A DNA stretch of 34,992 nt. Origin: a virus. Taxonomy: Duplodnaviria > Caudoviricetes. Numbering within the stretch: position 1 is the first letter of the stretch; every line of letters begins with the position of its first letter. Below the pieces are notes generated by a model. The model did no database searches and had not been told where the DNA came from. It saw only the letters and a program-made list of their open reading frames with translations. Location: IMG/VR virus record IMGVR_UViG_3300032212_000097, positions 1-34,992 of that record. The stretch is one strand, 5' to 3'. This document shows, in pieces, positions 8,757 to 17,579 of the stretch. The position numbers and the translations under genes are program-made.

Positions 8757-9146
8757 TTAGTGCGGACGCGAGCCCCCACTTTCAAGGCGTCGTAATTCAT
8801 TTAGTATGTTCTCCTGTTGCTCCTGTAAATCGCGCAACCTCCTGTCAAAAGTTCGCGCGTCAAAGTCGATTTGTTCCTGCATTCGTTCGACTTTGCGTAG
8901 TTCGGCTACAATCCGCATGCCTTCTTCAAAGCTCACGGTGCAGTCCGGGTTATAAAAAAGGCTTTTCAAGCGAGAAGCCGTTATTTGTACTTTGCGACCA
9001 GCTCGGATAAACCAAGCAGGGCGGCTCTCCCCGTGTTCCTTCGGGGCGATTTTATGCAAGGTCTGTCTGAAAGTTACGTCACCAGCTTTCATGCAAACCT
9101 CCGTTTTTTCCAAATCTGGAAATTCTGGGGTAAATTTTTTTGACAT
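8757..9146 (-). CDS. Putative CII-like transcriptional regulator
   Basis: AGGAGG RBS; lies downstream of cro; HTH-like AWFIRAGRKVQITASRLKSLFY plus a coiled-coil tail. Confidence 0.55.
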   Translation of the reverse strand: MSKKFTPEFPDLEKTEVCMKAGDVTFRQTLHKIAPKEHGESRPAWFIRAGRKVQITASRLKSLFYNPDCTVSFEEGMRIVAELRKVERMQEQIDFDARTFDRRLRDLQEQQENILNELRRLESGGSRPH

Positions 9147-9198
9147 TTGGAAATCCTCCTAATCTATGTTTATCAACACAGAAGGAGAAAAACTGACC

Positions 9199-9384
9199 AT
9201 GTATAAAAACAACGTCATTCAATTTCCGGCCGGCAGAGTTCGCCAAAACAAGACGGCCTGTGAAATTAAGAACGATCTTCAATCCATTTCTGAATACCTT
9301 TGCGAGATAGCCCCACGGACGGGGCTTGACGCTTGGGTGCAAGCGATCGCTTTGGAAATTCAGGAAGTTGTCAGGGAAATGTAA
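9199..9384 (+). CDS. Small hypothetical protein antisense to the cro operon
   Basis: AAGGAG RBS; 61 aa (MYKNNVIQFP...); fills the gap between cro and the CII-like gene. Confidence 0.6.
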   Translation: MYKNNVIQFPAGRVRQNKTACEIKNDLQSISEYLCEIAPRTGLDAWVQAIALEIQEVVREM

Positions 9385-9391
9385 AATCAAT

Positions 9392-9583
9392 TTAGGCCGC
9401 CTCGTCTTTGTAGGTGGCTATAAAGTCCAAGACCTTTTTTTCAGTTTCCGGCCAGACACGCCCCCCTTTGCGGATGCGAGCAACGAATTTTCCATCGTTC
9501 ACGGCCTTATGCCCAAATGTTGAAGGTTTCATTTGGTTTTCTTTTAAAAAACGGTCGATTTGTTCAATAAGTTTATTCATCAT
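9392..9583 (-). CDS. cro: Cro-like repressor
   Basis: MKPSTFGHKAVNDGKFVARIRKG, alphaproteobacterial-phage Cro style; divergent from cI. Confidence 0.8.
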   Translation of the reverse strand: MMNKLIEQIDRFLKENQMKPSTFGHKAVNDGKFVARIRKGGRVWPETEKKVLDFIATYKDEAA

Positions 9584-9590
9584 GAAAACT

Positions 9591-9655
9591 AATATATGGG
9601 GACATTTCCCCAAAGTAAAGTAAAAAATGGGGAAAAATAACGAATGATTTCCCCA
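9591..9655. promoter_or_regulatory. OR operators and PR promoter
   Basis: TGGGGACATTTCCCCA (9597-9612) fills the spacer of minus-strand TTTACT-17-TATATT; half sites at 9628 and 9650. Confidence 0.8.
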
Positions 9656-9678
9656 GCGAATTGTAAGACATTGGGAAC

Positions 9679-10446
9679 ATGGAAAAAGATGAAAAGATTC
9701 TAAGGCGAAATATTGAAGCTGGCATGAAGGAAATGCAGTTGAATAAACTGCAGCTTTCTAAAAAGGCTGGCCTAAATGAGAGCGCTATACGCGATATACT
9801 GTCGGGCCGATCAAAATCCCCGCGTTTCTCGACTTTGCAGGCAATTGCTAAGGTGTTCAAATGTGGTGTTGATGATCTCTTTTATGAGAACCAAATCTCC
9901 GATTTACGTGATTTACACACGACCGGAGATGATATTATCAAAGAGGCAAACCATAAGATGCTAACGGTTAAAGAGAAGATACAATGCATGCAGAAAGCTA
10001 TGGAAGATTCCCCAGAGGTAAATAAAAATTTCTTTATTGATGAGCTTTCCGTTTCCCCATCTGCGGGTGCGGCTGCTTTTGAAGAGTCTGACGGCACAGA
10101 TATTGTGAACCGTTGGCAAATCCCGCGTGACTTTATCCGGCAATATACAAATGCACCAGCCGAAATGATTAAAATCATTCGTGCTCAGGGGGATTCCATG
10201 GCGCCACTTATCAATTCAGGTGATCCGGTTTTTGTCGATACAACAAATCAAACACCGTCACCGCCTGGTATCTTTGTTCTTTGGGATGGCATGGGGCTTG
10301 TAATGAAGCAATGTGAAATTATTCCTAATACTGATCCGGTGCGTGTTAAGATCAAATCAGCAAATACAAGTTATGCAGAGTATGAGCGTGACATGTCAGA
10401 GGTTTATATTAATGGCCGTGTTATCGGTCGTTGGCAATGGATGTAA
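9679..10446 (+). CDS. cI: CI-like repressor (HTH plus S24 peptidase)
   Basis: N-terminal HTH; SAG cleavage site; GDSM catalytic serine; VMK lysine. Confidence 0.93.
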   Translation: MEKDEKILRRNIEAGMKEMQLNKLQLSKKAGLNESAIRDILSGRSKSPRFSTLQAIAKVFKCGVDDLFYENQISDLRDLHTTGDDIIKEANHKMLTVKEKIQCMQKAMEDSPEVNKNFFIDELSVSPSAGAAAFEESDGTDIVNRWQIPRDFIRQYTNAPAEMIKIIRAQGDSMAPLINSGDPVFVDTTNQTPSPPGIFVLWDGMGLVMKQCEIIPNTDPVRVKIKSANTSYAEYERDMSEVYINGRVIGRWQWM

Positions 10447-10459
10447 AAGGATATTACAA

Positions 10460-10837
10460 ATGAAAAAAATTCTAAGTATTGCATGTGTGGCTCTTTTATT
10501 AGCTGGCTGTACAACTCTTGGCGATGCGCGCCTTGCAAAAGGTACGGGCATTAAACGCACATACGATGCGTCATTCAATACAGCATGGAAAGCGGCTGTA
10601 TGTAGCGTGAACGGCTTGGGCTTGAGCATTGCTACTGAGAATAAAACAGACGGTTATATTCTGGCACAACGCGGCATGACAGCATTCAGCTATGGTGAGA
10701 ACGTGGCGGTGTTTGTTTACCGCAAGGGCGCGAACAAGACAGAGATTGAGGTTGTTTCAAAGCGCGCAGTGTCTCCAAACATTACAGCACGGAACTGGAC
10801 AGAGAAAGTCCTTAATGGTGTAAACGGCTGTTTGTAA
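10460..10837 (+). CDS. Lipoprotein, possible superinfection exclusion
   Basis: MKKILSIACVALLLAGC lipobox; AAGGA RBS; directly downstream of cI. Confidence 0.75.
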   Translation: MKKILSIACVALLLAGCTTLGDARLAKGTGIKRTYDASFNTAWKAAVCSVNGLGLSIATENKTDGYILAQRGMTAFSYGENVAVFVYRKGANKTEIEVVSKRAVSPNITARNWTEKVLNGVNGCL

Positions 10838-10847
10838 GGGGTAATGA

Positions 10848-11459
10848 ATGGAAACTATGAAAGAAACGATTTTTGCACGCAGCAGAAAAAACCTTATTTT
10901 ATCCAGTACCACAATAATTTTCTTTATTACAACTGGTGTCCAGATTGATGACATGAGTGTTTTCGGTATGGATATTGATAAAGCCAATCCATTTCTAATT
11001 TGTGTATGGGCGTTTTGTCTACTGTTTTATTTTTTGTGGAGGTATAAGCTGGCGTATATTCCCATGGCCGGACCGATGGAAACGAATAAAGAGCTAAACA
11101 ACCGTAAGCGACAATTGCTTCATGATTATGCTGTGGAGAAATATTCTCCACTCTCTATTACGTATGGTCACGGTACTAATTGGAATGAGATTAACGGAAA
11201 ATGGTTGTTTCGATATGCTGAAACAACGAACAGTAACACAAAAGAAATCCGCATTGAATGCCTAGGCAATAACGGCGTAGGGGTATCAAATCTTGAGCAA
11301 GTTAAAAAAGAAATGCCACCGTTCTTTCAATTAAAGACTTATTGGGAATACATGAAGACCGCAGTATTTATTGAATATACAGCACCATTCTTGTTGTGTT
11401 ATATCGCCTTGGTCTCTTTTGTTATCTATATGGTTTGTCTGTCTCTCGCAACACTCTAA
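10848..11459 (+). CDS. Integral membrane protein (about 3 TM), immunity-region accessory gene
   Basis: Hydrophobic segments at both ends; AT-rich coding sequence. Confidence 0.75.
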   Translation: METMKETIFARSRKNLILSSTTIIFFITTGVQIDDMSVFGMDIDKANPFLICVWAFCLLFYFLWRYKLAYIPMAGPMETNKELNNRKRQLLHDYAVEKYSPLSITYGHGTNWNEINGKWLFRYAETTNSNTKEIRIECLGNNGVGVSNLEQVKKEMPPFFQLKTYWEYMKTAVFIEYTAPFLLCYIALVSFVIYMVCLSLATL

Positions 11460-11513
11460 TCCCCAATAAAATCATAAAATGTATTTTTTTTTGCAACCGC
11501 AAGTGTTGAATTT

Positions 11514-11602
11514 CTGCGGTTTATCCCCATTTTTCGCCTAATGTTGGGGATTTATCCCAAAAAAGTTGTTGACGCTTTCCCCAATATGGGGAATAATCCC
11601 CA
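11514..11602 (+). promoter_or_regulatory. OL operators and PL promoter
   Basis: TGGGGATTTATCCCAA (11545), TGGGGAATAATCCCCA (11587) and half sites; TTGACG(11569)-17-AATAAT. Confidence 0.8.
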
Positions 11603-11638
11603 TTAAGAGTTAATTACAACAAACAGTTGAGCGAAACA

Positions 11639-11881
11639 ATGACAAACCAAATTGAAAAAATTGAAGCCTTTAAAGAAAAGATTGCTGCCCTTGTTAAAGA
11701 GGCGGATAGCATTTCTGAATACGCAAATGAGGCGGACGATATCAAAGCAGCCCTAGAAGACTATGTGTTGCCAGAGGTGGAAGCGTTTTTGGAAGTCAAG
11801 CAAGAAGAAGCCGCTGAGAACAATATTCAAGAGCATGAATACGACGCCGCAAGCCGTAAATATTACGCAGGCAAGCTGTAA
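11639..11881 (+). CDS. Acidic early hypothetical protein
   Basis: First ORF after PL; rich in E/D. Confidence 0.75.
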   Translation: MTNQIEKIEAFKEKIAALVKEADSISEYANEADDIKAALEDYVLPEVEAFLEVKQEEAAENNIQEHEYDAASRKYYAGKL

Positions 11882-11917
11882 ACAATATCCCAAATTACAA
11901 CCACGGAGCACATTAAA

Positions 11918-12172
11918 ATGACAATACCGAAACTCGACCAAATCGCAACAGATGGATTGAATCTCTCAATCAGAAAATGCGCAGAAATGCAGGCGGAACA
12001 CTCACAACACATTTCGGAAGAAGTGTTTTTGCAGGGGGCATTGGCGCGACTTACAACAGTGAAAGAACGCATGCAACGCGGAGAATTGTCACCAACGGCA
12101 ATTATCAATGTCCTCGGCCAGATTGAGCACATTTGTGACCAGATGGAACAACGTATCGAGGAGGGGGAATAA
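11918..12172 (+). CDS. Hypothetical protein
   Basis: GGAG RBS; coupled to the next ORF. Confidence 0.75.
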   Translation: MTIPKLDQIATDGLNLSIRKCAEMQAEHSQHISEEVFLQGALARLTTVKERMQRGELSPTAIINVLGQIEHICDQMEQRIEEGE

Positions 12173-12582
12173 TGGGTGATCAAAGCAAACACACCCCAGG
12201 GCCTTGGAAAGTAAAGGCAGAGTTTCCAAAACGTGGAAATAAACGGGGGGTTATATGGGTCACAGATAAAGACGACTTTTTGCCCATAGCAAGAATTGTG
12301 GTGAGTGACGGAACAACACATAGGCACAGTGATATTTACATGGCAAACGCTCGTCTGATCGAAGCCACCCCTGAACTTTTAGACGCGTGTAAATCTGCCT
12401 TGGAATTACAAGAGTGGATTTGCGAGAAAATCTCAAAAATTCGTCAAGCTGTTGATAACGGTCAGGCGGTTGAAAGCATCCAATCATATGAAGAATTAAC
12501 CCTTGCAATGAATGACGGCTTTTTAGCGTCTCATAGGGATCAATATGAACAAGCAATCGCAAAATCACGAGGTGAATCATGA
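12172..12582 (+). CDS. Phage hypothetical protein (HTPGPW...NARLI...PELL family)
   Basis: Recognisable motif of a common phage early-protein family. Confidence 0.8.
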   Translation: MGDQSKHTPGPWKVKAEFPKRGNKRGVIWVTDKDDFLPIARIVVSDGTTHRHSDIYMANARLIEATPELLDACKSALELQEWICEKISKIRQAVDNGQAVESIQSYEELTLAMNDGFLASHRDQYEQAIAKSRGES

Positions 12583-13436
12583 AAGCCGAACTATTCGAAG
12601 ACATGACCATTGAAGACTACCACGACCGCTTAGACGTGCAGTCAAAGACAATGCTCAAGGAGTTTATCGACTGCCCAGCACGGTACAAATACAAGTACTT
12701 TGACGGCGGCGTCGAAAAGGAAAAGCAAAAAGACCATATGAATTTGGGTCATGCTGTTCACACATTGGCGCTTGAGCCGCACTTGTTTGACAAAACATAC
12801 TACATTTTGCCGGAAGGTATTGTGCGCAATAAAAAGCATAAAGCCTTTCAAGAACAGTTAAAGGAAGCCAACGGCCGCAAAATCATTCGCACCGAAGATT
12901 TGGTGAATATCGAGGGCATGGCCAATTCATTGAAAGCAAACAAGCAGGCTTTGGCCTTGTTGGATGCACCGGGCAAGATCGAGGCGTCTATCTTCTGGAC
13001 TGATCCAGAGACGGGCCTTAAATGCCGCGCACGCCCTGATTTCATGCGCGACGATAGCTTAATTGTAGATTTAAAAATGTCTTACACGGCTGAACCAAAG
13101 CTATTCCAAAACACCGCTTTCAACATGTGTTACGACGTTTCGGCCGCACTGACGACGCGTGGTTATGAGGCGCTGTATGGCAAGAAACCAGACAATTACG
13201 TGTTTCTGGTTATTGAGCCCGAGCCGCCTTACATCGTCGAAGGATACGACGCATTCAGACCATTTGAAGACGGTGTTTCTTATTTAAACGTAGGAAATAC
13301 CAGACTTAACGCCGCGCTTAATCGTTTGGTTGAGTGCAAGAAAACAGGACATTGGCCCGGTTACAACAACGGGATTAAGCCTTTGGGTATCCCATATTAC
13401 GCAAAAAAACTGCTAGATGAAGGAGCTGCAGCATGA
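12579..13436 (+). CDS. RecE/ExoVIII-like PD-(D/E)XK exonuclease
   Basis: GHAVHTLALEP...EASIFW.D..TG.KCRARPD...IVDLK. Confidence 0.9.
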   Translation: MKAELFEDMTIEDYHDRLDVQSKTMLKEFIDCPARYKYKYFDGGVEKEKQKDHMNLGHAVHTLALEPHLFDKTYYILPEGIVRNKKHKAFQEQLKEANGRKIIRTEDLVNIEGMANSLKANKQALALLDAPGKIEASIFWTDPETGLKCRARPDFMRDDSLIVDLKMSYTAEPKLFQNTAFNMCYDVSAALTTRGYEALYGKKPDNYVFLVIEPEPPYIVEGYDAFRPFEDGVSYLNVGNTRLNAALNRLVECKKTGHWPGYNNGIKPLGIPYYAKKLLDEGAAA

Positions 13437-14242
13437 CAAAAGAATTAATCACAAAAGACGAAAATTACGCATACGCGAACCCACAACAATTCGAAGGGGC
13501 GCAACGTATTGCAAAATCATTATCAGCAAGCACGATGATTCCTAAAGAGTATCAGGGCAATGTAGCAAATTGTCTAATTGCTTTAGAAATCGCACAACGC
13601 ACGAAATCAAGCCCGTTCATGGTGATGCAGAATATTGACATTATCCATGGCCGACCGTCTTGGCGTTCAACATACATCATTGCGGCCGTAAATGCCTGCG
13701 GACGTTTTGAGCCCCTGCGCTTTGAAATGTTTGGCGAGGGCGAGACACGCGCTTGTGTGGCTTGGACGGTCGCCAAGGGCTTTGAACTTCCAAAGGGTGT
13801 TGGCGGTCTTGCCGATGCTAAAGAACAAAAATTGCCGATTATTGAAGGCCCAGAAGTTTCAATGGCTATGGCCAAGGCAGAGGGATGGTCAACCAAAAAG
13901 GGGTCAAAATGGATAACCATGCCTGAATTGATGCTGCGCTATCGTTCGGCCGCGTTCTTTGGTCGCCTGTATGCACCTGAAATTCTCATGGGCATGCAAA
14001 CAGATTCCGAAATCTATGACGTTTCACCAGTTGAGTATAAGGAGGCTTCCCCCTCGATCGTTGACACAATCAATGAAGATCTTGCCGAGCCGATTATCGA
14101 CGTCGAAGAGGTTGAAGAAGTTGAGGTTGAGACCGAAACAGAAGAGACAGCCGAGGGAAACGAAGAACCCGAAAAGGAGTACAAACCTTTTCCCGGCGAC
14201 GCGCCAGCAGGCGAAAACGGCGATTTGTTAGAACAGGAATAA
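13433..14242 (+). CDS. RecT-like single-strand annealing protein
   Basis: IPKEYQGN.ANC..A...PFMVMQN...GRP...W.TMPELMLRYR; acidic tail; coupled to the exonuclease. Confidence 0.85.
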   Translation: MTKELITKDENYAYANPQQFEGAQRIAKSLSASTMIPKEYQGNVANCLIALEIAQRTKSSPFMVMQNIDIIHGRPSWRSTYIIAAVNACGRFEPLRFEMFGEGETRACVAWTVAKGFELPKGVGGLADAKEQKLPIIEGPEVSMAMAKAEGWSTKKGSKWITMPELMLRYRSAAFFGRLYAPEILMGMQTDSEIYDVSPVEYKEASPSIVDTINEDLAEPIIDVEEVEEVEVETETEETAEGNEEPEKEYKPFPGDAPAGENGDLLEQE

Positions 14243-14254
14243 AGGGAGGTCACA

Positions 14255-14605
14255 ATGAGCGAACGCAAAACAACAGACGCCGACGTACGTATCGGAAAGC
14301 AAATCAGAACCATTCGAAACCTTATGGGCATGTCGCAGTCAGAGTTAGGAAAGCGTGTCGGTTTAACCTTTCAGCAAATTCAGAAGTACGAAAACGCAAA
14401 AAACCGCGTATCTGCCTCAAAGCTGGAAGAAATCGCACTTGCCTTAAACGTGCCTGTATTCGGTTTCTACGAAGGGACGACCGTTCCTGAAATGGACATG
14501 AAAGGCTTTTACCGACTGGCGAAAAGCTGGGGCAATTTGAAAACTGAAAAATCCCGCAACATGGTTATGGACTTTATGCGGGGATTAGCGGGGGCAGGGG
14601 TATGA
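14255..14605 (+). CDS. XRE-family HTH regulator (PraR-like subfamily)
   Basis: DVRIGKQIR...SQSELG..VGLTFQQIQKYE.AKNRVSASKL. Confidence 0.88.
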   Translation: MSERKTTDADVRIGKQIRTIRNLMGMSQSELGKRVGLTFQQIQKYENAKNRVSASKLEEIALALNVPVFGFYEGTTVPEMDMKGFYRLAKSWGNLKTEKSRNMVMDFMRGLAGAGV

Positions 14606-14871
14606 CAAACAACGTCGTTGATATCAGAGCCTTACTCGAAGAGGCAGAACGCCCAAAGGTCATTGTCAAAAGAATTGTCTTGGTTGAGGTCGAGCACTTG
14701 AACGCCATGGTGCGTGAAATGCAACACAACGAGAGACTTTACGCCGACGCGTCGAATGTTGCGACGACACTATACGCGGCATTAAACGCCATTGCGGAAG
14801 GACATGAAGAGCCCCAAAAGCTGGCACGAGCAACACTAACTTTACATGAAATAAAAGGAACAAAATTATGA
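14602..14871 (+). CDS. Hypothetical protein
   Basis: ATGA-coupled on both sides. Confidence 0.75.
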   Translation: MTNNVVDIRALLEEAERPKVIVKRIVLVEVEHLNAMVREMQHNERLYADASNVATTLYAALNAIAEGHEEPQKLARATLTLHEIKGTKL

Positions 14872-15881
14872 GTGAAAATCAATTAACAGTAATTCAGGAT
14901 TTAACGCCTGCAGAGGTGTACGGAAACGACAATATCAAGAGCATTGTTGCGGCCATTACCAAGGAAGCAAAAGACTTTACACCGGACTTGGAGACAACAG
15001 CAGGGCGTAAAGAAATCGCATCTATGGCGTACAAGGTGGCGCAGTCAAAAACGCTTTTAGACAAATTTGGCAAGTCATTGACAGAAGAGCAACGCAAAAC
15101 AATTGATGCAGTTAATGCAGAACGAAAATATATGCGTGATGAACTTGAAGCCTTGAAAGAGGAAGTTAGACGACCCCTAACAGAGTGGGAAAACATCGAG
15201 AAAGAACGTGTTGAGAAACACATGTCCGTTCTTAAAACGATCGAAGGTTTGAAAGAATTGTTTGGCTCCTACACTTCCCAAGACATTAAAGAGCGTATTG
15301 ACCGCCTCAACAACGAATATAAACGCGAATGGGAAGAGTTCGACGTAAGTGCCGAACAAGCCTATGAGGACACATTAACATTCTTATCCGCCGAATATGG
15401 TGAGAAAAAGCGCCAAGAGGAAGAGGCGGCAGAGCTTGCGAAATTACGCGCAGAAAAAGAAGATCGAGAACAGAAAGAGCGCGAAGAAAAAATTGCAAAA
15501 GATGCCGCTGAAAAAGCGCGTGTTGAGGCAGAAGAAAAAGCCAAAGCTGAGAAAGCGAAGGTTGAGCGTGAAAAGGCACAGGCTGAGGCGCAGGCTGAAA
15601 AAGAGAAAAACGCCCGTCTTCAGGCGGAGCGTGACGCCGAAGTTGCCAAAGAACAAGCGGCCACACAAGAGCGTGAACGCATTGCGGCAGAACAGAAAGC
15701 CGAAGAAGAGGCCGCGGCGAAGCGTGAAGCCGACAAACAACACAAGGCCAAAATTCATAATGAGATTCTTGAAGCTATCCAGAATGCTGTTGATTTCGGA
15801 AACCTTGGTGAAGACCCGATTAAAGACATTGTCGTTGCAATAGCCAAAGGCGAAGTTCCACACGTTCAAATCAACTATTAA
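14868..15881 (+). CDS. Long coiled-coil phage protein (often misannotated as TolA)
   Basis: PDLETTAGRKEIASMAYKVAQSKT; E/K/A-rich helix; C-terminal IAKGEVPHVQINY. Confidence 0.85.
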   Translation: MSENQLTVIQDLTPAEVYGNDNIKSIVAAITKEAKDFTPDLETTAGRKEIASMAYKVAQSKTLLDKFGKSLTEEQRKTIDAVNAERKYMRDELEALKEEVRRPLTEWENIEKERVEKHMSVLKTIEGLKELFGSYTSQDIKERIDRLNNEYKREWEEFDVSAEQAYEDTLTFLSAEYGEKKRQEEEAAELAKLRAEKEDREQKEREEKIAKDAAEKARVEAEEKAKAEKAKVEREKAQAEAQAEKEKNARLQAERDAEVAKEQAATQERERIAAEQKAEEEAAAKREADKQHKAKIHNEILEAIQNAVDFGNLGEDPIKDIVVAIAKGEVPHVQINY

Positions 15882-15977
15882 ACCAAGCTTAATACGAACA
15901 GGCCTCCCTCAATTTTATTAACTTAAAATTCAAGGATTGATTCTCCCGAGGGAGGCCATTTTTACAGGAGAGACAGA

Positions 15978-16232
15978 ATGCCAAAATATTACCCCGGAAT
16001 GTATGAAGCGCTTGAGAAAGTGGACCAGTGCACAGAAGACGAATGCCTAAACCACCTTGACGCACTCTACGGTCGCGACAATTTGAGATACGGCGCATCG
16101 TTGGAAGAAGTTCGGGAAGAGACACGCCGACAAATCAGAGAAGATTTTCGGGATACATCACCCGAAGCCCAGGCACAAGATGAATGGGTGCAGGCGATGG
16201 TTAGTGCAAGCAAGAAAGGATACTTGGGATAA
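15978..16232 (+). CDS. Hypothetical protein
   Basis: AGGAG RBS; 84 aa. Confidence 0.72.
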   Translation: MPKYYPGMYEALEKVDQCTEDECLNHLDALYGRDNLRYGASLEEVREETRRQIREDFRDTSPEAQAQDEWVQAMVSASKKGYLG

Positions 16233-16234
16233 AA

Positions 16235-16429
16235 ATGACCAACATTTTAGAAGGAAATTTCGAAACAGAAATAGAAATAAGCTGCCCAAGATGCCGAACA
16301 ACGATCGTGATTGATCGAAGGGAATCAAAGGACGGCGTGACGGTCAAATGCAAGTCATGTAATCGGCCGTTAAAACTGAAAACATTTAGCAAGAAACAAA
16401 TATCGGAGGTGCGGAAAATTGACGAATAA
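16235..16429 (+). CDS. Small zinc-ribbon protein
   Basis: CPRC...CKSC. Confidence 0.7.
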   Translation: MTNILEGNFETEIEISCPRCRTTIVIDRRESKDGVTVKCKSCNRPLKLKTFSKKQISEVRKIDE

Positions 16430-16790
16430 GAAACTAGAGCTACAGCCATTCCGTGATTTGGTAGCGCAGAGAGCGAATAGCGATATTTTGCAGGCAATGG
16501 GGCTTGGTGAAAATCACGCGTTCTCTAGCACCACCACGGCGCAGGAAAAGGGCGAAGAGCTCACAGAGGAAAAGATCAAAGCCGCGATCGAGGTTTTACA
16601 GTCTCACAAAATTGAAGACCAAAAGACTTTGATCAAGCTTCTTTCAACAATCGGCTTCTTTGTAATGGTGAACCAGTTCACGGAAAAACCCGTTGTGATG
16701 ATGCCCGCAGAATATAAAGAGGCTCTTGTTGAGCTGCAGATTGAACAACAGAACAAAGAGAAGGAGTTAGAAGAATGTCGGGAGGAGTAA
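16419..16790 (+). CDS. Hypothetical protein
   Basis: GGAGG RBS; TTG start. Confidence 0.7.
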   Translation: MTNKKLELQPFRDLVAQRANSDILQAMGLGENHAFSSTTTAQEKGEELTEEKIKAAIEVLQSHKIEDQKTLIKLLSTIGFFVMVNQFTEKPVVMMPAEYKEALVELQIEQQNKEKELEECREE

Positions 16791-17053
16791 CAAAGTCAGC
16801 AGGGTTGACACAACCGAAATCCCAAACAGAGGCCGCAGGTGGCGGAAGTCGAGCGGCGCCGTTACCGCAAATGAAAAGAGTGACACAGCCTGAAAAGTTG
16901 CGTGATTGGTTCGCGGGTATGGCTTTAAGCGGAGAGCTTGCAAGCCAATCAAGTGAACATTGCATTACTGGTAACAAAAAGACGATGCAGGAGTGTGCGA
17001 ACAAGATGTATGAAATGGCAGACGCAATGTTGGAGGCGCGCAAGGATGGGTGA
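16775..17053 (+). CDS. Phage hypothetical protein (RDWFAG.AL...Y.MADAML.AR family)
   Basis: Common phage motif; AAGGAG RBS. Confidence 0.75.
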   Translation: MSGGVTKSAGLTQPKSQTEAAGGGSRAAPLPQMKRVTQPEKLRDWFAGMALSGELASQSSEHCITGNKKTMQECANKMYEMADAMLEARKDG

Positions 17054-17225
17054 ATGGGCAGAAAGAATGCTTACAGGTAGGGACTGTCAGTGTTGCGGTC
17101 AGCCGTTGTTAAAAGATCATGGTTACGCCGTTTCATGCACAGAGTGTGACGGGGAAGCAAAGCTCTTTATTGATGCAACAAACAAAGAGAGAAAGAAGGA
17201 AGGTTGGGTAAAACATGGTGAATGA
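17046..17225 (+). CDS. Small Cys-rich (zinc-binding) protein
   Basis: GGAGG RBS; MGEWAERML.G..CQCCG...CTEC. Confidence 0.68.
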   Translation: MGEWAERMLTGRDCQCCGQPLLKDHGYAVSCTECDGEAKLFIDATNKERKKEGWVKHGE

Positions 17226-17382
17226 AATAAACGAAACATTCGAAAAAACGAGATTCATAAAAGGCAAAAACGGCCGCAAAGGCGAAGTCGTCATTGTCCC
17301 ATGGTATGACTTTTGGACAGGCAATCCGATGTGTAGCGGCGGCGTTCGCAAGTCGGATATTGATAGACCTTTGAGAGCGTAG
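17215..17382 (+). CDS. Small hypothetical protein (55 aa, below ORF-track cutoff)
   Basis: MVNEINETFEK...; fills a gap in a tightly packed operon. Confidence 0.5.
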   Translation: MVNEINETFEKTRFIKGKNGRKGEVVIVPWYDFWTGNPMCSGGVRKSDIDRPLRA

Positions 17383-17387
17383 GGGAA

Positions 17388-17579
17388 GTGATGAATAAGA
17401 GTTTAGACATGTTGGCCTACGGTGCCGCCATTGGTTTTTTACTGTTTATGCAGGCGTTTGTATTTCCTTGCGGAAGCATTTGCAAAGAGGCGTATATCCG
17501 CACGGCCATAAAAGACCCCGCATGGTCAAAACAAGTGTGGGAAGAAATATCGGAAAGATTGGAGAAGAAAAATGACTAA
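17388..17579 (+). CDS. Small membrane protein
   Basis: One hydrophobic segment. Confidence 0.6.
   Translation: MMNKSLDMLAYGAAIGFLLFMQAFVFPCGSICKEAYIRTAIKDPAWSKQVWEEISERLEKKND

Noticed and set aside
8629-8778. Possible 49-aa minus-strand ORF and hairpin after the CII-like gene
   Set aside because: Weak RBS and no recognisable motif; support is insufficient.
9597-11602. GGGGA...TCCCC palindromes as CRISPR repeats
   Set aside because: No regular repeat-spacer period and no cas genes; they overlap promoters as operators do.
14868-15881. TolA cell-envelope protein
   Set aside because: The similarity is only low-complexity E/K/A coiled coil; there is no TM anchor.
16838-16868. GC-rich hairpin as an ncRNA
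   Set aside because: It lies within an ORF with a good RBS, and the stem is short and relies on G-U pairs.
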